From Ranitomeya imitator (taxonomy: Eukaryota): a DNA stretch of 64,000 bases. The notes under the pieces were generated by a model that was not told where the DNA came from, did no database searches, and was given only the letters and a program-made list of their open reading frames with translations. Below, piece by piece: positions 1 to 12,949 of the stretch (the first letter of the stretch is position 1; the number at the start of each line of letters is the position of its first letter). Made by a program: the position numbers and the translations under genes. The stretch is from NCBI RefSeq assembly GCF_032444005.1, contig NC_091283.1, positions 629,114,001-629,178,000 of the forward strand, in the 5' to 3' direction.

Positions 1-70
1 ACGCAAAGCAACGGTTATATAGCTCAAATATTTCTACCTATTTACCTATGTATTGAAGAATATTCTGTTA

Positions 71-418
71 GGCTAGGTTCAGATTGCGTTAGGGCAATCC
101 GTTTAGCGCTAAGCGCTAGCGGATTGCGCTAACGCAATGTCTTTTTCGGGGTCGCGTTTAACGTCCCCGCTCTCGCAGATCCCCGATCTGCGAGAGCGAG
201 GAACGGACCTCGGGCGCGCCGCGGACGCTGCAAGCAGCGTCCGAGGCGCATCACAAAACACCGGCACATCGCTAGCGTGTGCCGAAAATGGCACGCGCTA
301 GCGATGCGCGTTCCCATTGCTGCCAATGGGCGCGCTAACGGATGCGTTGCACGGCGTTAATTTTGCCGTGCAACGCTGTTCGTTAGCGCGGTCCCATTAA
401 CGTAATCTGAACGTAGCC
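71..418. mobile_element. PIF/Harbinger-type MITE
   Basis: Terminal inverted repeats GGCTAGGTTCAGATTGCGTT / AACGTAATCTGAACGTAGCC; TTA duplicated at 68-70 and 419-421; same family in opposite orientation at 56886-57241. Confidence 0.85.
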
Positions 419-749
419 TTAGAAAACTTTCTTTCAATGACAGTTACTCTATGTAAAATCTAATGTTAAAATCGCATTGCATACGCAAGCCACACGGATG
501 TCATACAGATGCTAGGTGAGAAAAATCACATTATACTCTCATGACACCCGGCCGACTTTTCAGGAACAACATTGGACCAATTTTATTAACGCTGATGGGT
601 AAGAGCGCCGATTGACATATACATGTGCAGCCACCTGCGTTCATTTTCAACATGGGTGTGGCCCTCGTCTCACTACTGTTACTTCAAGATGACCCTCATT
701 TATCACACAAAAAGAGCACATCCTGTACATACACCCTGTGTGTGGGAAC

Positions 750-2760
750 CAGGGGCGGATTATCAGAGGGTCAATATGGGCGGTAGCCCAGTGGTCTGGG
801 GGGGCCCTGGGCTACCGCACAGATTGACCCTCCACTAATCGTCTGTGAATGCCCGCCGGCATTTATGTGACCCCGGACCCGGTGGGCAGAGAGAGGGGGT
901 CCGCATCGGGCCCCTTCCGGCGCTGCGGCGGTTTCCTATTGACGTGCGGGCACGCGACCGCACGTCAATAGTTAACAACAACAGCCGCCAGCCAATTGGA
1001 GGTTGGCAGCTGAAGTCGGCCGCAGCGCACACGTCGCCGGCGTCTGACGTCATTGTCAGTCGCCGGCGAGTGTGCGCTGCTGGAGGGAGCTCGCCGCCTG
1101 GAGCGCGGACAGGTGAGGAGACTGTTTTTTTTTTTTGTTGTTTTTTGATAAGCTAACGGTAGACACACTGGGGGGCAATGCTGGAGGACACACTGGGGCA
1201 ATGCTGGAGACACTGGGGGCAATGCTGGAGACACTGGGGCAGATTGCTGGAGGACACACTGGGGGCAATGCTGGAGACACTGGGGAAGATTGCTGGAGAC
1301 ACTGGGGCAGATTGCTGGACACACTGGGGCAATGCTGGAGGACACACTAGGGCAGATTGCTGGAGACACTGGGGCAATGCTGGAGACACTGGGGCAGATT
1401 GCTGGACACACTGGAGCAATGCTGGACACACTGGGGCAGATGATTGCTGGAGACACTGGGGCAGATTGCTGGACACACTGGGGCAGATTGCTGGAGGACA
1501 CACTGGGGCAATGCTGGAGACACTGGGGCAATGCTGGAGACACTGGGGCAATGCTGGAGACACTGGAGCAATGCTGGAGACACTGGGCCAGATTGCTGGA
1601 CACACTGGTGGTAATATGCTGGACACACTGGGGCAGATTGCTGGACACACTTTCTGGGGGTAATGCTGGACACACTGGGGCAATATGCTGGACACACTGG
1701 GGCAAATTCCTGGACACACTGGGGGTAATATGCTGAACACACTGGGGGTAATATGCTGGACACACTGGGGCAGATTGCTGGACACACTGGGGCAGATTGC
1801 TGGACACACTGGGGGTAATATGCTGGACACACTGGGGCAGATTGCTGGACACACTGGGGCAGATTGCTGGACACACTGTCTGGGGGCAATGCTGGACACA
1901 CAAGGGCAGATTGCTGGACACACTGGGGGCAATATGCTGGAGTCAAACACTGGGACAGATTGCTGGACACACTGTCTGGGGGCAATGCTGGACACACTGG
2001 GGCAATATGCTGGACATACTGGGGCAGATTGCTGGACACACTGGGGGCAGGACTGGAGGCATGGGCAGAATGTAGACACGGGGCATGATTGGAGACACGG
2101 GGCAGAATGAAAGACATGGGGCAGGATTGGATCATGGGGCAGGATGAATACGATGGAGACAGATGGGGCAGGATGGGGAGATCATATGGTGTAGAATGGA
2201 TACTCATGAGTGCAGGATGGGAGAACATATGGCTGGAGCCAGGAATGAGATAAACGGGGCCAGGGTGGGGAATATTATTACCATAGGGGCTAATTAAGGG
2301 ATATTATTACTGCAGTGATGTATTTATTTTATTTTTTGAGGATACTGTTTTAAATGGGGGGGCGGTCCTGTTACTGTGAAGAGTGACACTATATCACCTT
2401 TTTTTCCTTCATGTGTTGTAATGTAGAAGTTGTGAAAATTTAAGTAATGTGTTCTGCAAGCGGAGCTCGAGATAACTGTTATTTCCTGCAGAAACGAGTC
2501 CTGGCTGGAAGAAATGATGGCGGTCTGTGCTGGATGAAAGATGAAGGACTTCACCTAGAGACATCACTGGTGAGTCAGTGTTACCTATACACTGACACTA
2601 TACACTATATACAGAGCTCCTGTGTACAATGTCACCAGTGATCACTGTATTACCTATACATTATATACAGAGCTCCTGTGTATAATGTCACCAGTGATCT
2701 CTGTATTACCTCTACACAGACACTGCATACTAAGTACAGATCTCCTGTGAATACTGGCAC
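750..2760. mobile_element. Probable hAT-like non-autonomous element carrying an internal minisatellite; right end not found
   Basis: Starts CAGGGGCGGATT, followed by a GC-rich subterminal region and then tandem repeats. No matching right TIR seen before the PLE fragment at about 2770. Confidence 0.35.
1160..2050. repeat. Degenerate ~20-25-bp minisatellite (GCTGGACACACTGGGGCAGATT-like)
   Basis: Direct tandem units visible; source of the spurious Cys/Gln-rich ORFs. Confidence 0.9.
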
Positions 2761-2769
2761 TTATGGTGA

Positions 2770-3262
2770 TAACCTACACAAAAAGGTGTGATACCACAAT
2801 TAATATGATCCACCACGGTACTGTGATAAAATATACATTTTATTAGACATATTTTTTTTGTACAAAAAGACAAATGTGTAAAAGTATGAATTACTACATA
2901 GAAAAAGGGTACAGATCCTCAAAAAGAGGGACTATATTGCCATAGGTAAGCGCCTAGAACCCAGGCCAAAACATGCATAAACATATGAACTGCTATGTTA
3001 TAATAGTGAGACAGTCTGTTTATATCAAGATGCCGTTGGACTCTGAAAAATCCCCATACATAACGGCCTATGGAATGCCAGTCATTCTAATAAAGGGAGA
3101 CATGTAATCATGCTATAATCCTAACTTTCAGGTTCCCAACATGCTGAATTCTCACATAGAACGGTGTAGTGATATGATATGTTACCTAGTTATAGGCCTG
3201 GTATGCGCTCCTCGGCGTCCCTCTGCCCCGACGCGCGTTTCGCGTTAGCTTCTTCTGAAGGC
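2770..3262 (-). mobile_element. 5'-truncated Penelope-like pLTR fragment with degenerate hammerhead motif
   Basis: The minus strand at 3226-3262 reads GCCTT-CAGAAGA-AGCTAACGC-GAAA-CGCGCG-TC-GGGGC, a minimal hammerhead with CUGA>CAGA. AT-rich 3' tail lies toward 2770; boundaries approximate. Confidence 0.55.
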
Positions 3263-3264
3263 AT

Positions 3265-6200
3265 ATAATTATTGTTCTGTATGGGGATTATGGGTGAAAT
3301 ATCACAAATACACATGCTCAGGAACATATTTCATCTACTTCTGATAGGAATATGGGTATAATTATTGATCTGTATGGGGATTATGGGTGAAATATCACAA
3401 ATACACATGCTCAGGAACATACTTCATCTACTTCTGATAGGAATATGGGTATATCTATTGTTCTGTATGGGGATTATGGGTGAAATATCACAAATACACA
3501 TGCTCAGGAACATACTTCATCTACTTCTGATACGAATATGGGTATAATTATTGTTCTGTGTGGGGATTATGGGTGAAATATCACAAATACACATGCCCAG
3601 GAACATATTTCATCTACTTCTGATAGGAATATGGGTATATCTATTGATCTGTATGGGGATTATGGGTGAAATATCACAAATACACATGCCCAGGAACATA
3701 CTTTATCTACTTCTGATAGGAATATGGGTATAATTATTGTTCTGTATGGGGATTATGGGTGAAATATCACAAATACACATGCCCAGGAACATATTTCATC
3801 TACTTCTGATAGGAATATGGGTATAATTATTGATCTGTATGGGGATTATGGGTGAAATATCACAAATACACATGCCCAGGAACATACTTCATCTACTTCT
3901 GATAGGAATATGGGTATAATTATTGTTCTGTATGGGGATTATGGGTGAAATATCACAAATACACATGCCCAGGAACATATTTCATCTACTTCTGATAGGA
4001 ATATGGGTATAATTATTGTTCTGTATGGGGATTATGGGTGAAATATCACAAATACACATGCGCAGGAACATACTTCATCTACTTCTGATAGGAATATGAG
4101 TATAATTATTGTTCTGTATGGGGATTATGGGTGAAATATCACAAATACACATGCTCAGGAACATATTTCATCTACTTCTGATAGGAATATGGGTATAATT
4201 ATTGTTCTGTATGGGGATTATGGGTGAAATATCACAAATACACATGCTCAGGAACATACTTCATCTACTTCTGATAGGAATATGGGTATAATTATTGTTC
4301 TGTATGGGGATTATGGGTGAAATATCACAAATACACATGCCCAGGAACATACTTCATCTACTTCTGATAGGAATATGGGTATATCTATTGATCTGTATGG
4401 GGATTATGGGTGAATTATCACAAAAACACATGCCCAGGAACATACTTTATCTACTTCTGATAGGAATATGGGTATAATTATTGATCTGTATGGGGATTAT
4501 GGGTGAAATATCACAAATACACATGCCCAGGAACATACTTTATCTACTTCTGATAGGAATATGGGTATAACTATTGTTCTGTATGGGGATTATGGGTGAA
4601 ATATCACAAAAACACATGCCCAGGAACATATTTCATCTACTTCTGATAGGAATATGGGTATATCTATTGATCTGTATGGGGATTATGGGTGAATTATCAC
4701 AAAAACACATGCCCAGGAACATACTTCATCTACTTCTGATAGGAATATGGGTATATCTATTGATCTGTATGGGGATTATGGGTGAAATATCACAAATACA
4801 CATGCTCAGGAACATATTTCATCTACTTTTGATAGGAATATGGGTATGTCTATTGTTCTGTATGGGGATTATGGGTGAAATATCACAAATACACATGCCC
4901 AGGAACATACTTCATCTACTTCTGATAGGAATATGGGTATAATTATTGTTCTGTATGGGGATTATGGGTGAGATATCACAAATACACATGCCCAGGAACA
5001 TACTTCCTCTACTTCTGATAGGAATATGGGTATATCTATTGATCTGTATGGGGATTATGGGTGAATTATCACAAAATCACATGCCCAGGAACATATTTCA
5101 TCTACTTCTGATAGGAATATGGGTATAATTATTGATCTGTATGGGGATTATGGGTGAAATATCACAAATACACATGCCCAGGAACATACTTTATCTACTT
5201 CTGATAGGAATATGGGTATAACTATTGTTCTGTATGGGGATTATGGGTGAAATATCACAAAAACACATGCCCCGGAACATATTTCATCTACTTCTGATAG
5301 GAATATGGGTATAATTATTGATCTGTATGGGGATTATGGGTGAAATATCACAAATACACATGCCCAGGAACATACTTTATCTACTTCTGATAGGAATATG
5401 GGTATAATTATTGTTCTGTATGGGGATTATGGGTGAAATATCACAAATACACATGCCCAGGAACATACTTTATCTACTTCTGATAGGAATATGGGTATAA
5501 TTATTGTTCTGTATGGGGATTATGGGTGAAATATCACAAATACACATGCCCAGGAACATATTTCATCTACTTCTTATAGGAATATGGGTATAATTATTGA
5601 TCTGTATGGGGATTATAGGTGAAATATCACAAATACACATGCCCAGGAACATACTTCATCTACTTCTGATAGGAATATGGGTATAACTATTGTTCTGTAT
5701 GGGGATTATGGGTGAAATATCACAAATACACATGCCCAGGAACATACTTCATCTACTTCTGATAGGAATATGGGTATATCTATTGTTCTGTATGGGGATT
5801 ATGGGTGAAATATCACAAATACACATGCTCAGGAACATATTTCATCTACTTTTGATAGGAATATGGGTATGTCTATTGTTCTGTATGGGGACTATGGGTG
5901 AAATATCACAAATACACATGCCGAGTAACATACTTCATCTACTTCTGATAGGAATATGGGTATAACTATTGTTCTGTATGGGGATTATGGGTGAAATATC
6001 ACAAATACACATGCCCAGGAACATATTTCATCTACTTCTGATAGGAATATGAGTATAACTATTGATCTGTATGGGGATTATGGGTGAATTATCACAAAAA
6101 CACATGCCCAGGAACATACTTCATCTACTTCTGATAGGAATATGGGTATATCTATTGATCTGTATGGGGATTATGGGTGAAATATCACAAATACACATGC

Positions 6201-8900
6201 TCAGGAACATACTTCATCTACTTCTGATAGGAATATGGGTATAATTATTGTTCTGTATGGGGATTATGGGTGAGATATCACAAATACACATGCCCAGGAA
6301 CATACTTCCTCTACTTCTGATAGGAATATGGGTATATCTATTGATCTGTATGGGGATTATGGGTGAATTATCACAAAATCACATGCCCAGGAACATATTT
6401 CATCTACTTCTGATAGGAATATGGGTATAATTATTGATCTGTATGGGGATTATGGGTGAAATATCACAAATACACATGCCCAGGAACATACTTTATCTAC
6501 TTCTGATAGGAATATGGGTATAACTATTGTTCTGTATGGGGATTATGGGTGAAATATCACAAAAACACATGCCCCGGAACATATTTCATCTACTTCTGAT
6601 AGGAATATGGGTATAATTATTGATCTGTATGGGGATTATGGGTGAAATATCACAAATACACATGCCCAGGAACATACTTTATCTGCTTCTGATAGGAATA
6701 TGGGTATAATTATTGTTCTGTATGGGGATTATGGGTGAAATATCACAAATACACATGCCCAGGAACATACTTTATCTACTTCTGATAGGAATATGGGTAT
6801 AATTATTGTTCTGTATGGGGATTATGGGTGAAATATCACAAATACACATGCCCAGGAACATATTTCATCTACTTCTTATAGGAATATGGGTATAATTATT
6901 GATCTGTATGGGGATTATAGGTGAAATATCACAAATACACATGCCCAGGAACATACTTCATCTACTTCTGATAGGAATATGGGTATAACTATTGTTCTGT
7001 ATGGGGATTATGGGTGAAATATCACAAATACACATGCCCAGGAACATACTTCATCTACTTCTGATAGGAATATGGGTATATCTATTGTTCTGTATGGGGA
7101 TTATGGGTGAAATATCACAAATACACATGCCCAGGAACATACTTCATCTACTTCTGATAGGAATATGGGTATAACTATTGTTCTGTATGGGGATTATGGG
7201 TGAAATATCACAAATACACATGCTCAGGAACATATTTCATCTACTTTTGATAGGAATATGGGTATGTCTATTGTTCTGTATGGGGATTATGGGTGAAATA
7301 TCACAAATACACATGCCCAGGAACATACTTCATCTACTTCTGATAGGAATATGGGTATAATTATTGTTCTGTATGGGGATTATGGGTGAAATATCACAAA
7401 TACACATGCCCAGGAACATACTTTATCTACTTCTGATAGGAATATGGGTATAATTATTGATCTGTATGGGGATTATGGGTGAAATATCACAAATACACAT
7501 GCTCAGGAACATATTTCATCTACTTTTGATAGGAATATGGGTATGTCTATTGTTCTGTATGGGGATTATGGGTGAAATATCACAAATACACATGCCGAGT
7601 AACATACTTCATCTACTTCTGATAGGAATATGGGTATAACTATTGTTCTGTATGGGGATTATGGGTGAAATATCACAAATACACATGCCCAGGAACATAT
7701 TTCATCTACTTCTGATAGGAATATGAGTATAACTATTGATCTGTATGGGGATTATGGGTGAAATATCACAAATACACATGCTCAGGAACATACTTCATCT
7801 ACTTCTGATAGGAATATGGGTATAATTATTGTTCTGTATGGGGATTATGGGTGAAATATCACAAATACACATGCCCAGGAACATACTTCATCTACTTCTG
7901 ATAGGAATATGGGTATATCTATTGATCTGTATGGGGATTATGGCTGAAATATCACAAATACACATGCCGAGGAACATACTTCATCTACTTCTGATAGGAA
8001 TATGAGTATAATTATTGTTCTGTATGGGGATTATGGGTGAAATATCACAAATACACATGCCCAGGAACATACTTCATCTACTTCTGATAGGAATATGAGT
8101 ATAATTATTGATCTGTATGGGGATTATGGGTGAAATATCACAAATACACATGCTCAGGAACATACTTCATCTACTTCTGATAGGAATATGGGTATAATTA
8201 TTGTTCTGTATGGGGATTATGGGTGAAATATCACAAATACACATGCCCAGGAACATACTTCATCTACTTCTGATAGGAATATGGGTATAATTATTGTTCT
8301 GTATGGGGATTATGGGTGAAATATCACAAATACACATGCCCAGGAACATACTTCATCTACTTCTGATAGGAATATGAGTATAATTATTGATCTGTATGGG
8401 GATTATGGGTGAAATATCACAAATACACATGCTCAGGAACATACTTCATCTACTTCTGATAGGAATATGGGTATAATTATTGTTCTGTATGGGGATTATG
8501 GGTGAAATATCACAAATACACATGCCCAGGAACATACTTCATCTACTTCTGATAGGAATATGGGTATATCTATTGTTCTGTATGGGGATTATGGGTGAAA
8601 TATCACAAATACACATGCCCAGGAACATACTTCATCTACTTCTGATAGGAATATGGGTATATCTATTGATCTGTATGGGGATTATGGGTGAAATATCACA
8701 AATACACATGCCCAGGAACATACTTCATCTACTTCTGATAGGAATATGGGTATAATTATTGTTCTGTATGGGGATTATGGGTGAAATATCACAAATACAC
8801 ATGCCCAGGAACATACTTCATCTACTTCTGATAGGAATATGGGTATAATTATTGTTCTGTATGGGGATTATAGGTGATATATTGTGAATACACATGCCCA
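3265..8900 (+). repeat. 93-bp satellite A, about 60 units
   Basis: Unit ATTATTGTTCTGTATGGGGATTATGGGTGAAATATCACAAATACACATGCCCAGGAACATACTTCATCTACTTCTGATAGGAATATGGGTATA; 31-aa periodic ORFs; decays at about 8870-9050. Confidence 0.97.
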
Positions 8901-9704
8901 GTATCATATTCGATCAATTCCTGGTAAGAACACGTATGTGTACAATTATTGTTTTATATGTTGATTATTGGTAAAATATGATGAAACATTTCATTAACTT
9001 CCAGTAAGAATATGGGTATATTTATTATTCTATATGGGGTTATGGTCAGAATGCCATGGATATACAGATCCTGTAACCTATTTGCATCTGACAGGATTAC
9101 ATGTCCATTGACTTCTCCCACCCCTGGGAGATGTGAGCCCTGGCATCATAGGTCTTTGACCCAGTGTTCCCACCTCCTTATTAGGCCGGCCATGTCATAG
9201 AGATGAGCAGTCTTGCACCATACTTCTTGCTTATATACCTATATTATTCTCAATACATTGTTCTTTATAGAATGTTGGATCGTTTGCAGGATTTTATTGG
9301 TTACTTAGGTTTGTTGACATCAATAACTTTTAATGGAGATATATAGAATTTTTTTTTAATAACTTTTAATAAAATAATAGGTTTTATCTTAACAAAAATA
9401 TTTGGAAATGGAACATGTATTTTAGTGTATACTGGTCTCTAGGTTAATACGAAGGCCATCATAACAAATCCAACAAAATAGCTTTCATGGAACAATAAAT
9501 GATCCTGCTTACGTTCACATGTCTGATATAGGACTCGGTATTGCTTCTTCGTCAGTAGGCAAGGCATAATTGAATCTTATGTGCCTGTTTTCCATCCAGG
9601 TTCACTTGAATGGGAATGGAAACCTTCATATTGTTCCCCGCTATACAGGGCAGATTTTTTTTTTTTTGTGTGTGGCTGTGGGAAAAAGATGAGGGTAACG
9701 TATA

Positions 9705-11255
9705 CAGTCATGGCCAAAAGTTTTGAGAATGACACCAAAATTCTATTTTCACATGATCTGCTGCCCTCTGGTTTTTATTAGTGTTTGTCTGATGTTTATA
9801 TCACATACAGAAATATAATTGCAATCATATTATGAGCACCAATAGGTTATATTGACAGTTAGAATGAGTTAATGCAGCAAGTCAATATTTGCAGTGTTGA
9901 CCCTTCTTCTTCAAGACCTCTGCAATTCTCCCTGGCATGCTCTCAATCAACTTCTGGACCAAATCCTGACTGATAGCAGTCCATTCTTGCATAATCAATG
10001 CTTGCATTTTGCCAGAATTTGTTGGTTTTTGTTTGTCCACCCGTCTCTTGATGATTGACCACAAGTTCTCAATGGGATTAAGATCTGGGGAGTTTCCAGG
10101 CCATGGACCCAAAATCTCTGTTTTGTTCCATGAGCCATTTAGTTATCACCTTTGCTTTATGGCACGGTGCTCCATCATGCTGGAAAAGGCATTGTTGGGC
10201 GCCAAACTGCTCTTGTACGGTTGGGAGAAGTTGCTCTTGGAGGACATTCTGGTACCATTCTTTATTCATGGCTGTTTTTAGGCCGATTCCCTTGGCTGAG
10301 AAGCAACCCCACACAAGAATGGTTTCAGGATGCTTTACAGTTGGCATGAGACAAGACTGGTGGGAGCGCTCACCTCTTCTTCTCCGAATAAGCTGTTTTC
10401 CAGATGTCCCAAACAATCGAAAAGGGGATCCATCAGAGAAAATGACTTTGCCCCAGTCCTCAGCAGTCCACTCCCTGTACCTTTTGCAGAATATCAGTCG
10501 GTCCCTGATGTTTTTTTCTGGAGAGAAGTGGCTTCTTTGCTGCCCTCCTTGAAACCAGGCCTTGCTCAAAGAGTCTCCGCAGTCTCACAGTGCATGCAGA
10601 AGCACTCACACCAGCCTGCTGCCATTCCTGAGCAAGCTCGGCACTGCTGGTAGTCCGATCCCGCAGCTGAAACAGTTTTAAGATACGGTCCTGGCGCTTG
10701 CTGGTCTTTCTTGGGCGCCCTGGAGCCTTTTTGACAACAATGGAAGCTCTCTCCTTGAAGTTCTTGATGATGCGATAGATTGTTGACTGAGGTGCAATCT
10801 TTGTAGCTGCAATACTCTTCCCTGTTAGGCCATTTTTGTGCAGTGCAATGATGGCTGCACATGTTTCTTTAGAGATAACCATGGTTAACTGAAGAGAAAC
10901 AATGATACCAAGAACCAGCCTCCTTTTAAAGTGTCCAGTGATGTCATTCTTACTTAATCATGACTGATTGATCGCCAGCCCTGTGCTCATCAACACCCAC
11001 ACCTGTGTTAATGGATCAATCACTAAAATGATGTTAGCTGCTCCTTTTAAGGCAGGACTGCAATGATGTTGAAATGTGTTTTGGGGGTTAAAGTTCATTT
11101 TCTGGGCAAATATTGACTTTGCAAGTACAGTAATTGCTGTTAAGCTGATCACTCTGACATTCAGGAGTATATGCAAATTGCCATTACAAAAATGAAGCAG
11201 TAGACTTTGGAAAAATTACTATTTGTCTCATTCTCAATACTTTTGGCCATGACTG
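9705..11255 (-). mobile_element. Tc1 DNA transposon, full length, inactive
   Basis: TIR CAGTCATGGCCAAAAGT at both ends; TA TSD at 9703-04 and 11256-57. Confidence 0.93.
9882..10882 (-). pseudogene. Frameshifted Tc1 DD34E transposase
   Basis: HTH region (GRPRK), VIFSD, WGCFS, FQHDGAPCH and [15 protein letters not shown] motifs are split over ORFs 10460-10882, 10078-10569 and 9882-10112. Confidence 0.92.
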
Positions 11256-11814
11256 TACAGCACTTTGCCAGCCAATTTACTGCTTTATCCAAGCATCCAG
11301 GCGGCTGCCCAGGGCTCCCCTTTTAGACACAAAAAATGGACAAAAGCGGACACTAGAACATAAAAGAGAGGTAGGATGACACAAAAGGAGGATACTCAGA
11401 GGGACAGAAGGATACAAGAGGGACAGGAAGACCCAAAGCGGGACAGCAGGATACAAAGGGGGGCATTTTATTCAGTTGTTTGAGTTATCCCAGTTTTTCA
11501 CAAATCCAAGCACCCTCTGCTCACGTTTAGCTTGGATAAAAGAGACTCTACTGGATATTTTTATCAGGTAAAGGATAAATATGGGAGTTGGGATTTGTAG
11601 CCATGTTGTCCAAATCATAATCCCCATATAAATGAATATTGATAATAATCAATAATATAATCATCCACATCTGATGATCATATCACATTACATTTTATGT
11701 GAAATTAGTGGGGTAAGGTGTTTGTTGGTTGACAGCACACGCTATGCACGATTGAGCAGCTAAGTATTAAATTTCACAAGGAAAACACAGGCTATTTTCA
11801 ACTCGACGCTTTAA

Positions 11815-12300
11815 AGAGGACCTGTCATCACATTCAATGCCACCAAGCCGCAGCTATGGTGGCATAGTTGACAGGTCCAGCTGTGTGGAGAGACCTTTGT
11901 CCACCTCCCTGGGTGCCTCCTCATTGAAATACTAAACTTTATTGCCCCCTTGGCGCGCGTAACGGGAATCAAGAAGTGGTCCTGTTGGTGTTTTGGAGTG
12001 TGAACCAATCAGTGCTTGAGCCCTGCGCTGTGCCGCGTCATCAGTCGCTGGGCAGTAAAAAAATTCCTGCCCAGCAACTGATGACGCAGTGCATTGTAGA
12101 TAGCGCAGATTTGTTCACACTCCATCGGACCGATACAGACACTTCATGCTTCCAGTGGTGCCCGTCGAGAGGAATAAAGTGTAATATTTTAGTGCGGAGG
12201 CACCAGGGAGGCGGATAGAGGGCTGTCCACACTGCTGGACCTGTCAGCTATGCCACCATAGCTGCGGCTTGGTGGCATTGAATGTGATGACAGGTCAGCT
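11815..12300. mobile_element. Kolobok/T2-type MITE
   Basis: TTAA at 11811-14 and 12301-04; ~75-bp TIRs (AGAGGACCTGTCATCACATTCAATGCCACCAAGCCGCAGC...). Confidence 0.85.
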
Positions 12301-12949
12301 TTAAGCCTTTTTTTCAGTACTGAAGATAAGCAGTTAAAAGTCTCTTAAATCAGCCTTTATTTACTTATTTCAGCAACCTTGACGTCCAACCACAAAATAT
12401 ATCAATAAAGTCACAAAAGCTATTTTCAAGTCAATGCTTCAGACGGTTTTCACAATCTTGAAGAAAAAAAAAAAAAAAGCAAAAACTTTGTTAAACCCGT
12501 CTTTCCAGGCCTGTTTCAGCATCTTTGAGCGTATAAACACTGCATATGTCCAGGAAATCAATGCAGATATTTTCAAATTAATAGTTCAAACTGTTATCGC
12601 TATATTAATGAAAAGCCGTCATATAGAGACAATAAACAGCCTATACTGACTTATTACAGCGCTATTGAATGCAGAATTACCAAGTTGTAAAAGGAAATTA
12701 CTTAGCCTATTTGACGCTGTAATATAAATCTACATATAGGTATTCATTTATTATGGAGCTTAGGTGCCCACAAGTTTTTAAAGATATTTTTTCAAACAAA
12801 GCTGCAAAATTATTTGGCCTCTGTAAATATAATATTTCACATTGAATTACCATGGAGGTGAATAATTCTATTCATATTATTATGGGAAATTCATCAAATG
12901 TGGTACTGGGCATGACTATTTGGGATAAATATATATGTTCTTAAAATAA

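Noticed and set aside
965-2228. Cys/Gln/Pro-rich ORFs resembling keratin-associated or metallothionein-like proteins
   Set aside because: Open in several frames on both strands because of the minisatellite; no splice or promoter support.
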